Source: Candidatus Latescibacterota bacterium (GTDB lineage: Bacteria > Latescibacterota > UBA2968). From it: 64,000 bases of DNA. The stretch is taken from NCBI GenBank assembly GCA_965204745.1, contig OZ242010.1:2528001-2592000 (forward strand). The letters are read 5' to 3'. The notes beneath the pieces were generated by a model. That model saw only the letters and a program-made list of their open reading frames with translations, searched no databases and was not told the DNA's origin. Numbering within the stretch: position 1 is the stretch's first letter; every line of letters begins with the position of its first letter. A program made the translations under genes and the position numbers. Of this stretch, positions 48,269 to 58,800 are shown piece by piece.

Positions 48269-50254
48269 TTGGCCGCAGAACGACACACAGATCGCGCAGA
48301 TCATCCCGCGAGGGACCGGGGCGTGACGCTTCGCGCAGTTGTGCTCGGCATTGGGATCGTGGTGTTCATCAACCTGTGGGTGACGCACGCCGAAACCGTG
48401 GTGAAGACCTCTCGCCTGAATTTGAGCGTGTTCCAAATCACGCTGCTAGCCGTTTTTATCGCGCTGATCAGCGTGGTCAATCCGCTGCTCAAAGCCGCGA
48501 ATCGGCGGTATGTGTTCGCGCCTTCGGAGTTGCTGGCCGTGGTGGCGATAGGCATTGTGGGTTGCGTCGTGCCCACGTCGGGCATTACGGGATTTTTGAT
48601 CGGGGTCATTTCTACCCCGTTTTATTTTGCCACGCCGGAAAATGGCTGGGCCGAGTTTTACCATCCCCACCTAAATTCGTGGGTCGTGCCCACGGATCGA
48701 GACGCGGTGCGCGCTTTTTACGAGGGGCTGTTGCCCGGCAGGTCGATCCCTTGGCGCGTGTGGGTGGCCCCGCTGGCGTGGTGGGGCAGTTTGGTCGTGG
48801 CCGTGTTCGCGGTGTCCGCGAGTTTGATGGTCATTTTGCGAAAGCAATGGGTGGAATACGAAAAGCTGGCCTATCCCATTGCCGCGGTGCCCATCGAGAT
48901 GTCGCAAGACGCCCTGTCCGCGCGAGTGTTGCCCGGGTTCATGCGCGGCCCCATGTTCTGGATCGCCGCGGCGGTGCCGTTTGTGATTTTTGTGTGGCAT
49001 TCCCTGTCCTGGGCCTATCCCCTGTTGCCGAGCATCGGCATCCTCCCGCACGGGGGGTATTTTCGCTTTACGCGCTATTCGCCGGGCATGTACATCCAGC
49101 CCATGCAATTTTTGACCATTGGATTTGCGTATTTTGCCAATACGCAGGTCTTGTTTTCCGTGTGGTTTTTCTTTTTGTTGCACGTCGTCGAGGGCGGGGT
49201 TTTTAACCGCTTGGGCTATCAAATCGAGCGATCCACGGATTCGTTCAGCGCGGACCCGCCCACCGAGGCGTGGCAGTGCTTCGGCGCGCTGGCCTGTTTG
49301 GTACTGTGGCGATTGTGGGTGGCGCGGCGGCACTTGCGCGATGTGTTCCGAAAGGCATGCGATGAGAATTATCCGATAGACGACCGAGAGGAAATTCTCT
49401 CGTACCGGGCCGCGGTTTTGATTTTGGGGGCCGGGCTGATCTACGCGTTGTTCTGGCTGCTGTGCATTGGGATGGACGCGACCACCGCGCTGATTTTCAT
49501 GGCCGGCGTGGCGATCATCTACATCGGCATTGCGCGGGTCGTGTCCGAGGCCGGGGTCGTGTATTCGGGCGCGACCGTGACGCCGCAGGCTTTTGTGATG
49601 GATCTGCGCGGCACGCACGCCATTTCCGGGGGCGGCCTGACCGCCCTTGCCCTGTCCTATTCCCTGATCGATTACATGCGCGGCCTGTTCACCCCGGGCC
49701 TCGCACAGTCGATTAAATTGGGCGATCTGATTCGCGGGAATCGCCGGTTGTTGTTTTACTGCGTGGGCATTGGGGTGCTGGCGGGATTCGTCTCGTCCGT
49801 GGGCCTGATGCTCTATTTGGGGTACGCGTACGGCGCGTACAACTTTCCGCGCTTTCCGTTTTTCAGCGGGGACCCCAAAGGGATTTACGGCTCCACCCTG
49901 ACGATGATGCGGACGCCCAAAGCGCCGGATCCCAACCGCATCGTCTTTTTTGCTATCGGCGCGGGCCTGATGGCCTTGCTGACCTTTTTGAGATACCGAT
50001 TTGCCCGCTGGCCCATCAATCCCATCGGCCTGACCATTTCCGCTGCGGACAACACGGCGTCGCTGGTGATGCCCGTGTTTATCGCCTGGGCGTGCAAGGC
50101 GAGTTTGCTCCGCATCGGCGGCGTGAATCTCTACCGCAAAGCCAAGCCCCTGTTCTTGGGCCTGCTCGTGGGCTATACCGCAGGGGTCGTCTGGTCGTTT
50201 CTCATCGACGCGATCTGGTGGCCCGGCCAAGGGCATTCGGTGCATTGGTGGTAG
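48269..50254 (+). CDS. DUF6785/DUF6784-type multi-pass membrane protein (putative transporter)
   Basis: TTG after AAGGAG; many TM helices; FATPENGW, LRKQWVEYEKLAYP, WPINPIG, LRIGGVNLYRKAKPLFLGL. Confidence 0.72.
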   Translation: MAAERHTDRADHPARDRGVTLRAVVLGIGIVVFINLWVTHAETVVKTSRLNLSVFQITLLAVFIALISVVNPLLKAANRRYVFAPSELLAVVAIGIVGCVVPTSGITGFLIGVISTPFYFATPENGWAEFYHPHLNSWVVPTDRDAVRAFYEGLLPGRSIPWRVWVAPLAWWGSLVVAVFAVSASLMVILRKQWVEYEKLAYPIAAVPIEMSQDALSARVLPGFMRGPMFWIAAAVPFVIFVWHSLSWAYPLLPSIGILPHGGYFRFTRYSPGMYIQPMQFLTIGFAYFANTQVLFSVWFFFLLHVVEGGVFNRLGYQIERSTDSFSADPPTEAWQCFGALACLVLWRLWVARRHLRDVFRKACDENYPIDDREEILSYRAAVLILGAGLIYALFWLLCIGMDATTALIFMAGVAIIYIGIARVVSEAGVVYSGATVTPQAFVMDLRGTHAISGGGLTALALSYSLIDYMRGLFTPGLAQSIKLGDLIRGNRRLLFYCVGIGVLAGFVSSVGLMLYLGYAYGAYNFPRFPFFSGDPKGIYGSTLTMMRTPKAPDPNRIVFFAIGAGLMALLTFLRYRFARWPINPIGLTISAADNTASLVMPVFIAWACKASLLRIGGVNLYRKAKPLFLGLLVGYTAGVVWSFLIDAIWWPGQGHSVHWW

Positions 50255-50259
50255 GGGAG

Positions 50260-50575
50260 GAGAGTTGGCAGTAATCAGTTGGCAGTTGGCAGTCCCCACC
50301 CTTTCCCCCACAATGTATGTGCTAACCGATTGTTTTGCTGACTGCTAAGATACAAGAGGATCGGCGATGAGCGGTCAGTCCCAAACACCAAACCGTAGGG
50401 GCGATGGCCCCGTGCTCGCGAGGAAGGGGGAACTGTGAGCGATTTTGCGAGGGTATTGATGAGGGATTTTTAATCGCTTATGCCCTATCGGGACCTACCC
50501 CCTTGGCCCCCCTTCCTACAAGGAAGGGGGAACGAGGATCGGTTTTGCTACCGCGCTCAATCGGGACCTATCCCC
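50260..50575. repeat. Composite repeat cluster (CAGTTGG heptamers, GTAG REP, C/G palindrome units)
   Basis: CAGTTGGCAGTTGGCAG; GTAGGGGCGATGGCCCCGTGCTCGC at ~50396; CCCCCTTCCTACAAGGAAGGGGG. Confidence 0.75.
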
Positions 50576-50599
50576 GTTAAACAAAAGGAGATGATGAAC

Positions 50600-51727
50600 A
50601 TGGACAAAAGTCGGCAAATCTACGAAGACCTGGGCGTCGCGCCCGTGATCAACGCCGCGGGATATCAGACGCTCATCGGTGGGTCGAGGATCGGCCCAGA
50701 AGTGCAGGCCGCAATGGCGACCGCGAACCGCTATTTTGCGGACATGGAAGACCTGCTCAAAAAAACCGGGGCGATCATCGCGGACATCCTCGGCACGGAA
50801 GCCGCGCTGGTCACGCCCGGATGCGCGGCGGCATTGGCCCTTGCCTCGGCCGCGTGCATGTCGGGTAGCGATCCGCAAAAAATGGAACAACTGCCGGATA
50901 CCACGGGCGTGAAGCACCGCATTTTGATTCAAAAAAAACAGCGGTATCACTACGACCGCGTGCTGACCATCTTCGGGGCGAAGCTCGTCGAAGTCGGCGA
51001 TGAAACCGGCACGACCGCAGCTCAACTCGAGGCCGCCATTTCAGACGAGACCGCGGCCATCCACTATTTCGCGCCCGGGAATCAGGATGGCGTTTTGCCC
51101 GCCCAAGATGTGATCCGCATCGCGCATGCCAATGGCGTCCCGGTGATTGTCGATGCGGCGAGTCAGGTTTATCCGCTCGAGGTCATGCGCCGGTACCCAG
51201 ACATGGGCGCGGACTTGATCGGGTACGGCGCGAAATACATCGGCGCGTGTCATTCCACGGGCATTTTGTGCGGGCGCGCAGACCTGATTGACGCGGCGTA
51301 TCTGCACTCGTTCATCGGCTACGAGACCTGCCCCTACGACACTTTGGGCCGTCCGCTGAAGGTGGATCGCCAAGAAGTGATCGCGGTCGTCGTCGCCCTG
51401 CGCGAATGGTTCAGCGCGGATCACCAAGCGCGTTTGGCCTCGTACGAGCGCGAAGCCGAAGCCCTCCTCGCGGACTTGGCGGACATTCCCCACATTGCGA
51501 CCGCGGTTGCAACCGACGCGCGAAGCCTGAGCAATGGCGTGCAAATTACAGTGGATGAAGCCGCGCTGGGCAAAACCGCAGTGCAAATCATCGACGAACT
51601 CAAGCGGGGCAATCCGTCCGTGTGGGTGCGCGGCAGCGGAAATGCGTTTCGCGTCGCGGTGACCAATTTCATCGAAGACGACCGCGAAATCGTGGCATCC
51701 CGCCTGCGCGAAGTGTTGGCGAAGTAA
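50600..51727 (+). CDS. SelA-like / DgaE-type PLP-dependent enzyme
   Basis: VINAAGYQTLIGGS; PVIVDAAS; GADLIGYGAKYIG (probable PLP Lys); GRPLKVDRQE; lacks the SelA N-terminal domain. Confidence 0.8.
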   Translation: MDKSRQIYEDLGVAPVINAAGYQTLIGGSRIGPEVQAAMATANRYFADMEDLLKKTGAIIADILGTEAALVTPGCAAALALASAACMSGSDPQKMEQLPDTTGVKHRILIQKKQRYHYDRVLTIFGAKLVEVGDETGTTAAQLEAAISDETAAIHYFAPGNQDGVLPAQDVIRIAHANGVPVIVDAASQVYPLEVMRRYPDMGADLIGYGAKYIGACHSTGILCGRADLIDAAYLHSFIGYETCPYDTLGRPLKVDRQEVIAVVVALREWFSADHQARLASYEREAEALLADLADIPHIATAVATDARSLSNGVQITVDEAALGKTAVQIIDELKRGNPSVWVRGSGNAFRVAVTNFIEDDREIVASRLREVLAK

Positions 51728-52546
51728 GAGGTAAGAGGCAAGACGGGAGATGGAAGTTTAGCCACGAGCGGGGTACAACTAGCGATAGCCAGTTCAAAGG
51801 CACAAAAACACAAAAGACGATCAGTGTGTGTAGGGGCGATGCCCTCGTGCTCGCCCATCCGCCCCGCCGTGTCTGAATCGCGGATTAAACGGATTACGCA
51901 GATTGCGCGGATTACCCCACACCGCCCTACCACCTGTGCGTTCCCGTCCCGTCCCTACCCCGCCGCCCTGCGTGCCCGTCCGCGCCGCCCAACCGTGTCT
52001 GAATCGCGGATTAAACGGATTACGCGGATTACGCGGATTACCCCACCGCCCAACCACCGCTTCATCGTTCCCATCCACTTCGCCCTTCGCACGCCCTGTC
52101 GCCATAGCCCTATCCCCCCGGTCCCCGTTATTCGCTTCGCTCATTGTAGGCTACGCCTGTGCCTACGAGGAAAGGGGGAGCGCATGGCTTTCTTGAAGGT
52201 TTGCATCCAGGGCTGTTTTGATGGCTTTGGGCGAATGGAGCACGCCATGCAAATCCAAAAACCCTTACACACAATCCCTCGCAAAACCTTTCGCCATTCC
52301 CCCTTCCTCGCAAGCCCTATCCCCCCGGCCCCCTTTCCTACAAGGAAAGGGGGAGCGCATGGCTTTCTTAAAGGTTTGTATCCCTGGCTGTTTTGATGGC
52401 TTTGGGCGAATGGAGCACGCCATGCAAATCCAAAAACCCTTACACACAATCCCTCGCACAACCTCTCGCCATTCCCCCTTCCTCGCAGGCACAGGCGTAG
52501 CCTACAACGAAGCGTAGCGAGTAACGGGGCCAGGGGGTAGGTCCCC
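51728..52546. repeat. Large composite repeat array (heptamers, micro-insert, GTAG REP, two ACGGATTACGCGGATT blocks, ~2.5 x 175-bp units)
   Basis: GTCTGAATCGCGGATTAAACGGATTACGC at 51871 and 51997; AAAGGGGGAGCGCATGGCTTTCTT at ~52171 and ~52346. Confidence 0.85.
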
Positions 52547-52598
52547 CTCGCATGCCTTATCGCTTGACTGACCACCGATCCCACCGTCATTTTACCGC

Positions 52599-52628
52599 TT
52601 GACAAACAAGAGCGTAATGTTGTATTTT
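52599..52628 (+). promoter_or_regulatory. Putative sigma70 promoter upstream of giant gene
   Basis: TTGACA-N18-TATTTT. Confidence 0.45.
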
Positions 52629-52858
52629 TTCCCGTTCACGATTTCGATTTTGAGCGCGGAGGAAAAGCCGCGCCCGGTCTGCGCGATAGCTTTGCAAAGG
52701 AGGCTCCAGATGATCACCGCCATTTTCAAACGCTGTTTGAACCTCATTTGGTCCTATGTTCCCACCGCGAAAAGTGGCGTTCATATCGCCCATCCCCGTC
52801 TTGGAGTGTGGTTCTATTTTATTGCAAAACAATCTGTTAGGATGATCAGTACAGTGTA

Positions 52859-52883
52859 CCCCCCCCCCCCCCCCCCCCCCCCC
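52859..52883 (+). repeat. C25 homopolymer tract 16 nt upstream of giant gene start
   Basis: 25 consecutive C followed by TCGAGAGGGGGACAAAATG. Confidence 0.85.
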
Positions 52884-52899
52884 TCGAGAGGGGGACAAA

Positions 52900-55800
52900 A
52901 TGATGCCCCGCTACGCTCACTTGTTGGCCCTGGTCGTGCTGGCCATGCTGGTGGCATCGGGGCCGGCTTTTGCCCAAACCGACTACGACACGGACAACGA
53001 CAACCTGATTGACGTCACCTCCTTGGCGCAACTCAATGCCATTCGCTGGGATCTCAATGGCGATGGTGCCATAGACGCAAGTGCCTCGACCAGCGATACG
53101 ACCGCCTACAACGCCGCCTTTCCCAACGCCATGTCGGGCATGGGGTGCCAGTCCACCTGCACCGGCTACGAGTTGCTCAACAACTTGGACTTTGACGAGA
53201 ACAGCGACAACGAAATCACCTCAGCAGACGCCACCTACTGGAACAGCGGCGCAGGCTGGGCGCCCATCGGCAACAGCGAGACGAAATACACCGGCACCTT
53301 CCACGGCAACGACAATACCATCTCCAACCTGTTTATCGACCGCTCTGCCGCCAACGACATCGGGCTGTTCGGCTTTGCCGAGGGCGGCACGATTCGCAAT
53401 TTGAGCCTGGTGAACGCCGATGTGACCGGCAATGCTGAAACCGCCGTCCTTGTTGGCGAAGGCAACAGGCTTCATCTCCTGCACATCCGCGTCACCGGAC
53501 AGGTCGGCGGGTTTGCACGAAGCGCCGGCCTGGTGGGCACGCTGGCGCACGGCAACTCGACCATTACCGCCTGTCGTTCCGAGGTGGATGTCACGGGGAG
53601 TTTCGCCCCTACTGGACGCGATTTTCAAGGTAGCAGTCAAAGTGGAACCTTCGGCGGCTTGGTGGGCTGGAATAGCGGCACGATAACCGCTAGCTATGCT
53701 ACCGGCACAGTCATCGGCTACTCCCACGTCGGTGGCTTGGTGGGCTTCAACGGCAACACCATCGAGCCGCGTGCTAGCATACGCGCCAGCTATGCCACCG
53801 GCGCAGCCACCGGCAGAGGCAACGTCGGTGGCTTGGTCGGTAGCAACTTCTATTCGAGCACGATAACCGGGAGCTATGCCATCGGCCCGTCCATTAGCAC
53901 GGCTAACTTTACATCGGTTGGTGGCTTGGTGGGCTTCAACTTTGGTTCAACAGTTAACCACAGCTACTACGATAGTACCGCCACCGGACGTAGCGACGCC
54001 GGACGCGGTGCCCCCCAGACCACCGCCGATCTCCAAACGCCCACCCGCTACACCGGCATCTACCAAACCTGGAACCTGAATCTGGACGGGCAACCGGGCG
54101 GCGATGATCCGTGGACCTTTGGCGCGACGGATCAGTATCCTGTCTTGAAGTATGCCGGCATGGACACCACCGCGCAGTATAACTTGCAACCGCCGAGCAT
54201 TCCGACAAGTGTGACCATGACGATAAAAGCGGACACCTTGGATGTGCGTTGGCGTGCGGTGAGTGGTGCGACGGGGTACAAGGTGCAGTGGAAATCCGGC
54301 ACGCAGAGCTACGACACCGCCTCGCGTGAAGCCACCACCACGGATACGCGCCACAAGATTCCCAACTTGACGTTTGGGACGACCTACACAGTGCGTGTCA
54401 TTGCCACCAAGACCGGTGTGCGCGATGGTCTGCCCTCAGCAGATCAGTCCCTCTTTATCTCGTTGGGCAGTCCGACTGTGATGGCGAGTGCGAAGATGGA
54501 CACGCTGACCGTGACTTGGAATGCGGTGCCCATCGCAACCGGGTATAAGGTGCAGTGGAAATCCGGGGTAGCGACTTATCCCACCGCCGATCTGACGTCC
54601 GCCGCCACGCACGGGCAAGCCACCATCGTAGGCGGGAGCACCACGACCTACAAAATCTCCAATGTGACCGCAGGGACGACCTACACGGTTCGCGTCATCG
54701 CCACGAGTACCAATGTCAATATCGCCGACAGTGACCCTTCGGAGGAAGTCATGGTGACTGCGGCGACAAACAAGCCCACCAATGTGCGCCTGACGCCTGG
54801 GCATCTCCAACTCCTCGTGGCTTGGAGCGAGGCGACCGGCGCGACAGGGTACAAAGTGCAGTGGAAGTCCGGTGGACAAAGCTACGACCCCTCTTCTCGC
54901 CAGGCGACAGTCTTTGGGATGAGCACCACGACCCACGCGATAGAGAACCTAACTTTTGGCACGACCTACACGGTGCGCGTCTTTGCCACCCTGGCAGGTG
55001 GGTCCGATAGCGATCCCTCGGACGAGCTCATGGGCGTGCCCCTCGGGATCGATTACGATGGCGATGGCGATGGCCTCATCGACATTACGACGCTGGCGCA
55101 ACTCAATGCCATCCGCTACGACCTAGATGGCAACGGCGACGCTACCCACGCCGTTTATGCCGCCGCTTTTCCCAGCCGCGATACCACCAGTAGCATCCGG
55201 ATGGGTTGCCCTTCCGGGACATGCACCGGCTACGAATTGCTCAACAACCTCGACTTTGACGAGAATGGCGACGGCGAAATTACCTCAGCAGACGCCACCT
55301 ACTGGAATGGCAACGCTGGTTGGCCCCCTATTGGGGGGACTTATACTGGCACGTTCAAGGGCAATAACAAGACCATCTCCAACCTGTACATCAACCGTCT
55401 CACTGCGGAGCTTGGTGGGGTTGAGGTTGGGCTGTTCGGCAGTGTCAGCGGCAACATTTCCGGTCTGGGGCTGAAAAATGTCAATGTAAATGGCGCCTAT
55501 GAAGTGGGTGGGTTGGTCGGTGAACAGGTGGGTGGTCGCATCCTGGGCTGTTTTGTCACAGGTCGCGTTGAGGCTCATTTTTCCGACTCCGGGCGGCATG
55601 GTGCGGGCGGTTTGGTGGGTATTTCAAGTCTTGGCCGTGACACTGCTCCTAGCGTCATCGCGGCCAGCTATGCCAATGCTGAGGTCATCTTCCGGAATGC
55701 TCGGGCGGCGGGCGGTTTGGTGGGCGCCACAGGCCAGATAACTCAGATAATAGCGTCCTACGCCATCGGGCCGGCGACTGGCTGGAGAGCGGTAGGCGGT

Positions 55801-58800
55801 CTGGGTGGGAATACTGGTACTGGTACTACTATTTCGGCTAGCTATGCCACGGGGACAGTCACTGGCACTAACTCCGAGCTGAATATACAACAAGCATACT
55901 TAGGTGGATTGGTGGGGTCGCGGGGCGTAAGCAGTGATCCGCTTGAGCGACGCCGTGCCGGAACGACTAGTAGCTATTGGGATACGGAAAGTAGCGGTAT
56001 CTCAGTCAGTCCTGCCGGCACGGGCCAGACCACCAGCGCGTTGCAGTCGGAAACGTCATACGACGGCATCTACGCCAGTTGGGATGTGGATGTCGATGGC
56101 AGGCCTGGCAATGACGCTCCGTGGACCTTTGGCGCGGCTGATCAGTATCCGGTCTTGAAGTATGCCGGCATGGACACCACCGTGCAATTTGCAATGCAAC
56201 CGCCGGGCATTCCGACAAGTGTGACCGTGACGCCACAAGGGAGCACCTTGGACGTGCGTTGGACTGCGGCGAGTTATGCGATGGGGTACAAGGTGCAGTG
56301 GAAATCCGGCATGCAGAGCTACGACGCCTCGCGTGAGGCCATCACCACGGATACGCGCACAAGGATCCCTAACTTGGCGGTTGGGACGACCTACACAGTG
56401 CGTGTCATTGCCACCAAGACCGGTGCCCGCGATGGCAGGCCCTCGGCAGAGCAGACCGGCGTTATCTTCGTGCTGGGCAGTCCGACTGTGATGGTGGCGG
56501 CGAAGTTGGACACGTTGACCGTGACTTGGAATATGGTGACCAGCGCAACCGGATATAAGGTGCAGTGGAAATCCGGGTCAGAGACTTATCCCAATGCCGA
56601 TGAGGAGTCCGCCTTGCGCGGGCAAGCCACCCTCGTAGGCGGGAGCACCACGACCTACAAAATTCCCAATGTGACCACAGGGACGACCTACACGGTTCGC
56701 GTCATCGCCACGCGTACCAATGTAGCCGACAGTGCCCCCTCGGAGGAAGTAACCGTGCTGGTTAGCCCGACGGGTGTGATGGTGCGTGCGACGGTGGACA
56801 CGCTGACCGTGACTTGGAATGCGGTGGACGATGCCACCGGGTATAAGGTGCAGTGGAAGTCCGGGTCAGAGACTTATCCCAACGCCGATTCTCAGGCCGC
56901 CACGCACGGGCAAGCTACCATCTCTGACGGGGGCACCACGACCTACGATATTTCTGGGCTGACCGCAGGGACGACCTACACGGTTCGGATCATCGCCACG
57001 AGTACCAATAGCAATGTAGCCGACAGTGTCCCTTCGGAGGAAGTGACCGGCGTTCCTCTGCTAGGCAGTCCGCCGGGTGTGGATGTGAGTGCGACGGTGG
57101 ACACGCTGACCGTGACTTGGAATGCGGTGGACGATGCCACCGGGTATAAGGTGCAGTGGAAGTCCGGGTCAGAGACTTATCCCAACGCCGATTCTCAGGC
57201 CGCCACGCACGGGCAAGCCACCATCACTGGCGGGAGTGCCACGACCTACGATATTTCTGGGCTGACCGCAGGGACGACCTACACGATTCGCGTCATCGCC
57301 ACGCACACCAATGTAGCCGACAGTGCCCCCTCGGAGGAAGTGACCGGCGTTCCCGTGCTGGATAGCCCGACTGTGATGGTGGCGGCGACGGTGGACACGC
57401 TGACCGTGACTTGGAATGTGGTGGACGATGCCACCGGGTATAAGGTGCAGTGGAAATCCGGGTTAGAGACTTATCCCAATGCCGATCTGGCGTCCGCCTT
57501 GCGCGGGCAAGCCACCCTCGTAGGCGGGAGCACCACGACCTACAAAATTCCCAATGTGACCACAGGGACGACCTACACGGTTCGCGTCATCGCCACGCGT
57601 ACCAATGTAGCCGACAGTGCCCCCTCGGAGGAAGTGACCGGCGTTCCCGTGCTGGGTAGCCCGACTGTGGAGGTGAGTGCGACGGTGGACACGCTGACCG
57701 TGACTTGGAATGTGGTGGACGATGCCACCGGGTATAAGGTGCAGTGGAAATCCGGGTCAGAGACTTATCCCAATGCCGATGAGGAGTCCGCCTTGCGCGG
57801 GCAAGCCACCCTCGTAGGCGGGAGCACCACGACCTACAAAATTCCCAATGTGACCACAGGGACGACCTACACGGTTCGCGTCATCGCCACGCGTACCAAT
57901 GTAGCCGACAGTGCCCCCTCGGAGGAAGTAACCGTGCTGGTTAGCCCGACGGGTGTGATGGTGCGTGCGACGGTGGACACGCTGACCGTGACTTGGAATG
58001 CGGTGAACGGGGCGACCGGCTACAAAGTGCAGTGGAAATCCGGGTCAGAGACTTATCCCGCCGCCGATCTGGAGTCCGCCACGCGCGGGCAAGCCACAAT
58101 CGCTGGCGGGAGTGCCACGACCTACAAAATTTCTGGGCTGACCACAGGGACGACCTACACGATTCGGATCATCGCCACGAGTACCAATAGCAATGTAGCC
58201 GACAGTGTCCCCTCGGCAGAGCAGACCGGCGTTCCCGTGCTGGGTAGCCCGACGGGTGTGGATGTTGTGCGTGTGAAGGTGGACACGCTGACCGTGACAT
58301 GGAATGCGGTGGACGATGCCACCGGGTATAAGGTGCAGTGGAAGTCCGGGGCAGCGACTTATCCCAACGCCGATCTGACGTTGGCCACGCACGGGCAAGC
58401 CACAATCGCTGGCCGGCGCACCACGACCTACAAAATTTCTGGGCTGACCGCAGGGACGACCTACACGATTCGGATCATCGCCACGCGTACCAATGTAGCC
58501 GACAGTGCCCCCTCGGCAGAGCAGACCGGCGTTCCCGTGCTGGGTAGCCCGACTGTGATGGTGAGTGCGACGGTGGACACGCTGACCGTGACCTGGAATG
58601 CGGTGCCCCTCGCAACCGGGTATAAGGTGCAGTGGAAATCCGGGTCAGAGACTTATCCCCCCTCCGATGAGGAGTCCGCCACGCACGGGCAAGCCACAAT
58701 CGCTGGCGGGAGTGCCACGACCTACAAAATTTCTGGGCTGACCGCAGGGACGACCTACACGGTTCGCGTCATCGCCACGCGTACCAATGTAGCCGACAGT

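Noticed and set aside
50600-51727. True selenocysteine synthase selA
   Set aside because: Short, lacks the N-terminal tRNA-binding domain, has a divergent PLP motif, and no selB/selC/selD nearby.
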